DNA of 45,512 bases, taken from an uncultured virus (IMG/VR IMGVR_UViG_2049941000_000100). Taxonomy: Duplodnaviria > Heunggongvirae > Uroviricota > Caudoviricetes. The notes below the pieces were generated by a model. It had not been told where the DNA came from. It saw only the letters and a list, made by a program, of their open reading frames with translations, and made no database searches. The stretch is from the IMG/VR virus record IMGVR_UViG_2049941000_000100; one strand, 5' to 3'. The position numbers and the translations under genes are program-made. Positions 40,101-45,512 of this stretch are shown piece by piece; position 1 is the stretch's first letter, and each line of letters starts with the position of its first letter.

Positions 40101-41956
40101 AAGATATATATGATAATCTTTCAAAGCAACTTGCACTTTTACGCGAGCGCGCGAGTCTAACCGCAGACCTTGCAGAGAAGCGTAAACAACAAATTATAGA
40201 TACAACTCAAGATGAAGAGTATAAAGACGTCGCCAAATACGCTTGGTGGAATGAAGCAGACCTAACTATTGAAATTGATTGGGATGCAATTAATCAAATT
40301 AAAGACTCTGAACAAGGCGATTTAGTAAAAGAATACGTTAAAAAGCTTGAAGATTTTTAGTCTAAATATGATGATATGATTGAGAATCTTGAAGATATAG
40401 AGTCTACTATTCAAGAGATTAATGAACGTGGAAAAGAAGAATATACTTCTCTTGAAGATCGTACGCGCGATGCATTAATAAAACAAATTCAAGATAAAGT
40501 CGATGAACTTTCTGATGTTAATGAATCTATAAATGATACAAATTAGAAGTTATTTGATTCAATAACTTAGACTTTAGAACTTCAACGTCAAGAACGCACA
40601 AATGCAGAAACCGAAAATGAATTAACCGATAAAGAAAAGCGTCTTGCTTATTTACAATAGGATTCTTCTAATGCGAATCAAGTAGAAATTGCAAAACTTC
40701 AAAAAGAAATTGATGACGCGCGGCAAGATTATACAGATAATTTAATCGACCAAAAAATTAGTGAACTTCAACGTCAAAATGATGAAGCGGCGAATCAACG
40801 GCAACAATAGATAGAGTTAATGTAGCGGTCTCTTGATTGGGAAGAGAAATCTGGCGCATTTTGGGATGAAGTTTATCGTTTAATTAGTTTAGGTACTGAT
40901 GCGACTGGCGCACTTATACATTAGAGTGATTTAGAAAATGTACTTAAAGGCAGCGAAGGTTGGGAAGCATTATCTGAAGAAGGTAAGATGAACTGGCTTA
41001 AAACTTTAGAGGATTAGGTTGCACAAGGATTTTCTTATTTAGAGATGGGTCGTCAATTAGAAGATATTGGTACTAAAGCAGGTTCTTCTATTACTTTTAC
41101 TAATGCTAATGGAGAAAAATTAACTGGTACAGTAGATAAAGAAGGTAATGTGGTAGTTAAAAATAGTGATGGTTCTACTACAACTTATAAAGATGTATTT
41201 TAGGACTATCATGGAGCTTTCAGAACTTTTGAGAATTCTGGAGAGACTAAAATAGCGCCTAGTTCTACTACTTCTACTACTAAATCAACAACAACCGCTG
41301 GGACTGGAAATAAAAACAATAAAGTTCCGGATAATAAGGGTTGGCATTATAATGAAACTCACCATTGGCATGAGTATACAGATGGCACAAAATACGGTGA
41401 AGAACCACATAATTTTAAGCAAATGCCGGATAGCTCAGTTAAGGTTTGTACAGAATGTAAATATGTGCATCAAAAAAGTAATGCTATTACACAAGTAGAT
41501 TTAGGTCCAGCCAATATTTAGACCACCACTACTGGTAAGGGACGGCTTACTACTCCTACAGTAGTAGCTAATGCTTCGAATACTACTTCTACAAATGAAC
41601 AAACATAGAGCGACATTATTTCTCTTTTAAAGAATAAAAAGATTAAAGCTTATGCTTCTGGTGGCCTTAATACCTATTCTGGTATAGCTTGGCTTGATGG
41701 AACACGCTCTAATCCTGAACTTGTTCTTAATGCGCGTGATACCGAAAACTTTATTGAGTTAAAAGATACTCTTGCCTCTATTAAATCTAATGGTGGTCTT
41801 AGTCTTACTGGTGGAGATAACTACTACGATATTAAAGTCCAAGTAGATTCTCTTGGAAGCGACTACGATGTAGATAAAGCTATTGACCGTATTAAGACTC
41901 GAATCGCGCAAGAAAATGCGTATCGTAATGTAAATGCATTATCTCGTCTTCGATAA
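34176..41956 (+). CDS. Tail tape measure protein (several gaps, many TAG=Gln)
   Basis: TP901-type core at 35.4-36.3 kb (ELDAVMT, INDVYSKLA, AGTAVKTVIARF), poly-Gly linker, C-terminal YASGG...LDGT..PELVL. Confidence 0.9.
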
Positions 41957-41971
41957 AATAAAATTAACGAA

Positions 41972-42010
41972 ATAAATAGAGTAGGGTTTAAAAAACCCTA
42001 CTTTATTTAT
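41972..42010 (+). terminator. Hairpin after tape measure gene
   Basis: ATAAATAGAGTAGGGTTT...AAACCCTACTTTATTTAT. Confidence 0.6.
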
Positions 42011-42062
42011 AGAGTTAAAGCGATAAAAATAGATATAAACGCGATAGAAGGAGGAAAGACAT

Positions 42063-43042
42063 ATGCCTATTAAAGGTGATTTTATATCTTTTACATATAA
42101 TAGTGTCCATTCTACCGATTTGGGAATAGTACATGTAAGTTCATCTGATAGATATGTAGATGCGCTTCTTCCTACATTCCAAGATAAGACCGTTTAGGCT
42201 ACTGGTAGTGATGGCACTTATTTTTTTGGAAGCTACTATACTCAAAGACCTATAACACTTAATATTGCGTTTGATAGTATGACAGAGACTTAGCTTAGAC
42301 GCACGCGGGCTCTATTTGGAGATAAGTAGTCTCACCCATTAGTTTTTGACGAAGAACCATATAAAGTATATTATGCAAAAGTTACTGGTACACCGTAGTA
42401 TAATTATATTTGTTTTAATAATTATGAGGATGATAGTAATATAAATCCACGTATTTACAAGGGGGAAGGGACAATTAATTTTATTTGTTATGATCCTTTC
42501 GCGCATACACCCAATAAATGTAAATATTTAGATAATTATGTGGTAAATGGGACTGATACTCCTTGGTATAAATATGATAATAAAAATGAATGGAATTTAA
42601 GTGCAAATTTATTATCTTCTAAAGGGAATTACGATACTTTTTCTAATCGTAGTTTTATGCTTTATAATCCTGGTGACGTAGAAGCAGATTTTAAATTAAT
42701 AGTACCGATTAGTGCGATTTTTAGTGGTATAAAAATCGATGATGGGAGAAATGATTTAGAAAGTCATACTTTAAAATTTAATGCTAAACCATTTTCTGTA
42801 CCAGTAAAAGGTGAGGACACACATCTATTATTTAATTCTAAAACTAATTTAGTTGAAGGATTAAAAATAGATGGCGCAATTGTTACTCGTACTGGAAATT
42901 TATATAATGAAAAGATTGGAGATGGACACTGGTTTCGTATTCCACTTAATTAGGAGAATAAAACTTNNNNNNNNNNTATTTTACATTAAATGATTATATT
43001 GGTGGAGATCCCACTTTAGAATATGATTATCTTTACTTCTAA
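42063..43042 (+). CDS. Distal tail protein (Dit)-like (TAG=Gln)
   Basis: FTYNSVHSTDLGI, GSDGTYF, LVFDEEPYKVYYAK, FICYDPFA, YNPGDV; follows TMP. Confidence 0.8.
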
Positions 43043-43057
43043 TACGAGGTAAAAACT

Positions 43058-45512
43058 ATGAATATAATTAAAAAACCTTATGAAATAAGTATTTGGAAAG
43101 ATTTACTAATGTATGTAGGTACTCCGGAGTCTGGAAAGACTTCGCCTACTTCCAATTTAGGTGATTTATCTAGTGTAGATTATCAATATTATGATGAAGA
43201 GCGACTTGCGGTAATTGGGTCCGATGTTATGACTTCTCCGGCGCGAGTAGTAAATCCTGTATTTAAAAAGAATATTAATGGTACCGAAACTCTTACTTTT
43301 GACATGTATTATTAGTATGAAGATGTTGAAAGTGGGGGAATAATTAGAAATCCTTTAATTGATTTAGTAATTGACGAAAGAAAAGTCAAACTTTTTTACG
43401 AAAATGAATGGCATGATTTTATTGTAAAAAAAGACGACGAAAAGGGAAGAGACTATAAATATTCTTACACTTGTACTGGACTCGCGGCGAATGAATTAGG
43501 TAAGACTGGTTTTAATATTGAATTAGATACAGACTTAGAAAATAATATGGGGACTGTGACGGAGCTTGGAAAAGAGGTTTTGCGCGGTTCTGATTGGCAA
43601 CTTAGAGATGAAGATTAGGAAATAATTAAACAGACTAATGAAGAAGCTTTATATTCATTAGTATTAACTAGTTCAATAACAAACGCTAAATTATTAAATG
43701 ACGATAGTGACTTTGATACAATAAACGAGGGGCGGCGTATATATGCATATTATACCCCTTACGCAAATCAAGAAAAGGATTATTTCTAGTTTATATATGT
43801 AGATGGGGATACTGGTACTGCTATACCGGATTTATTAGAAGATGGAGTTACTATAAATTGTAATGATACTAGAACATATGATTTATATATTTCTAATGTT
43901 ACCTGGACTAACGATAGACCTAATTTTGCAACTGGGACACCTAGTGTCGCGCAATATAGAGGTCTGCGTTATGTAAGAAAGTAGCTTAGTGCTTACGATC
44001 CAGTATTAAAACAAACCGTATTAAAGTATACCCGTAATAATACTGAATACTATGGTTATACTACTACAGACTATATAGATTCAACTACTGTCCAAAATTA
44101 TATATATAATTCTACTAATTTCTCTGGTACTTCTTACTGGGGAATCTACGGGGATAGTAATAATAAGTCAATTAGTGCGGAAGTTTTCCCTAGTGTAAAA
44201 AATAATACTAATGTGACACGTGCAGGATATTTAGTTGTTTAGTTTGGAAATACTAACGCGCGCCTTGTAAATGATGGAATAATTTAGAATTATTCAAANN
44301 NNNNNNNNNNNNNNNNNNNNNNNNNNNNNNNNNNNNNNNNNNNNNNNNNNNNNNNNNNNNNNNNNNNNNNNNNNNNNNNNNNNNNNNNNNNNNNNNNNNN
44401 NNNNNNNNNNNNNNNNNNNNNNNNNNNNNNNNNNNNNNNNNNNNNNNNNNNNNNNNNNNNNNNNNNNNNNNNNNNNNNNNNNNNNNNNNNNNNNNNNNNN
44501 NNNNNNNNNNNNNNNNNNNNNNNNNNNNNNNNNNNNNNNNNNNNGAAGAAAAATTTAATGCAAATAAAACTAAATATTATTATAAAAGTGGTAATAATTA
44601 TATACATTGTACTGCAAGTTCTACTTATAATAGTTCTATAGAATATTATATTTCTTCAATCGAGCATTTATATTTTAATTCTACGAATAGCAGCACAGTT
44701 GTNNNNNNNNNNNNNNNNNNNNNNNNNNNNNNNNNNNNNNNNNNNNNNNNNNNNNNNNNNNNNNNNNNNNNNNNNNNNNNNNNNNNNNNNNNNNNNNNNN
44801 NNNNNNNNNNNNNNNNNNNNNNNNNNNNTGGTAAGAATAATTAGCCAATCGCACCAGATGATCCAGTAGAAAATTTGCCGGACGTGCGTATTGAAACTAA
44901 ATATCACTTTTATGATCCAACAAAAAATATAGGCAAACTTTCTGAAGAAGACTATGTTTTTAGCGAATCAAATCCTTCTTTATATGAGCCTTTATTTGGT
45001 AGTGATGACAATAAATTTGAAAAAATTCGTAGCATAACTGCGAAAGAATCAAATAGATTTAATTTACTTCAGGAATTAAGCGAAACATTCGAGTGCTGGG
45101 TTAAATTTAAAATAGAGCATGATGCGAATGGCCACATTATAACAGAACCATTTGATTATTATAATTTACTTAATCTTGCGGAAGGAGCTAGTGTAACGGG
45201 CTATTATATTTATGATTGGTATAGTAGGAATTATATACATCCTTCTGAAACTACCGCTAAAAAAGGACAGAAGTATTATGAACAAGTTTCGCGTCGGCGT
45301 CAAGTTAAAAAGGTAATATTTTATAAAGAGATACTTGTTGTCAATTACGCCGGATTTAAGTATGGTATTAATTTAAAAGATAATAATCGTACTTTAGATA
45401 GTGAATAGATTGTTACTAAAATTATTGTAAAAGATAATACTTGTGAATAGGCTGAGAATGGTTTCTGTTCTATTGCTCGCGCGCAAGATAATCCGATAAA
45501 AGAAAATTTTGT
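43058..45512 (+). CDS. Large tail-tip/baseplate hub protein, gapped and 3'-truncated (TAG=Gln)
   Basis: KPYEISIW, NINGTETLTF, ESNRFNLLQELSETFECW, GFKYGINL; follows Dit. Confidence 0.75.

Noticed and set aside
19766..45512. Decayed prophage or many pseudogenes
   Set aside because: Breaks are TAG only, frames stay intact outside gaps, and motifs are complete. Recoding explains this better.

Overview
Gapped, probably metagenomic scaffold of a large tailed phage with a Firmicutes-type host (AGGAGG RBSs, TTGACA-N16/17-TATAAT promoters). It has three blocks. (1) 1-5.3 kb: small + strand genes, including an NCS2 uracil permease, a receiver-like protein and a kinase-like protein. (2) About 6-19.5 kb: an array of small, mostly - strand genes and ORF-less units, most behind their own sigma-A-type promoter. 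It is cut into ~0.35-0.85 kb cassettes by 21 copies of a GCCCGGGC palindrome. Duplications end at these sites and one cassette is inverted, which suggests a shuffling gene-cassette system. The array also holds a tRNA-like gene with CUA in its loop, other structured RNA candidates and an ArfA-like peptide. (3) 19.7-45.5 kb: a + strand morphogenesis block (terminase, portal, protease/scaffold, capsid, neck, tail tube, tape measure, Dit, tail tip). It looks fragmented in code 11 but reads through if TAG = Gln (code 15). Coordinates below assume TAG = Gln. Product calls come from motifs and synteny only; no database search was run.
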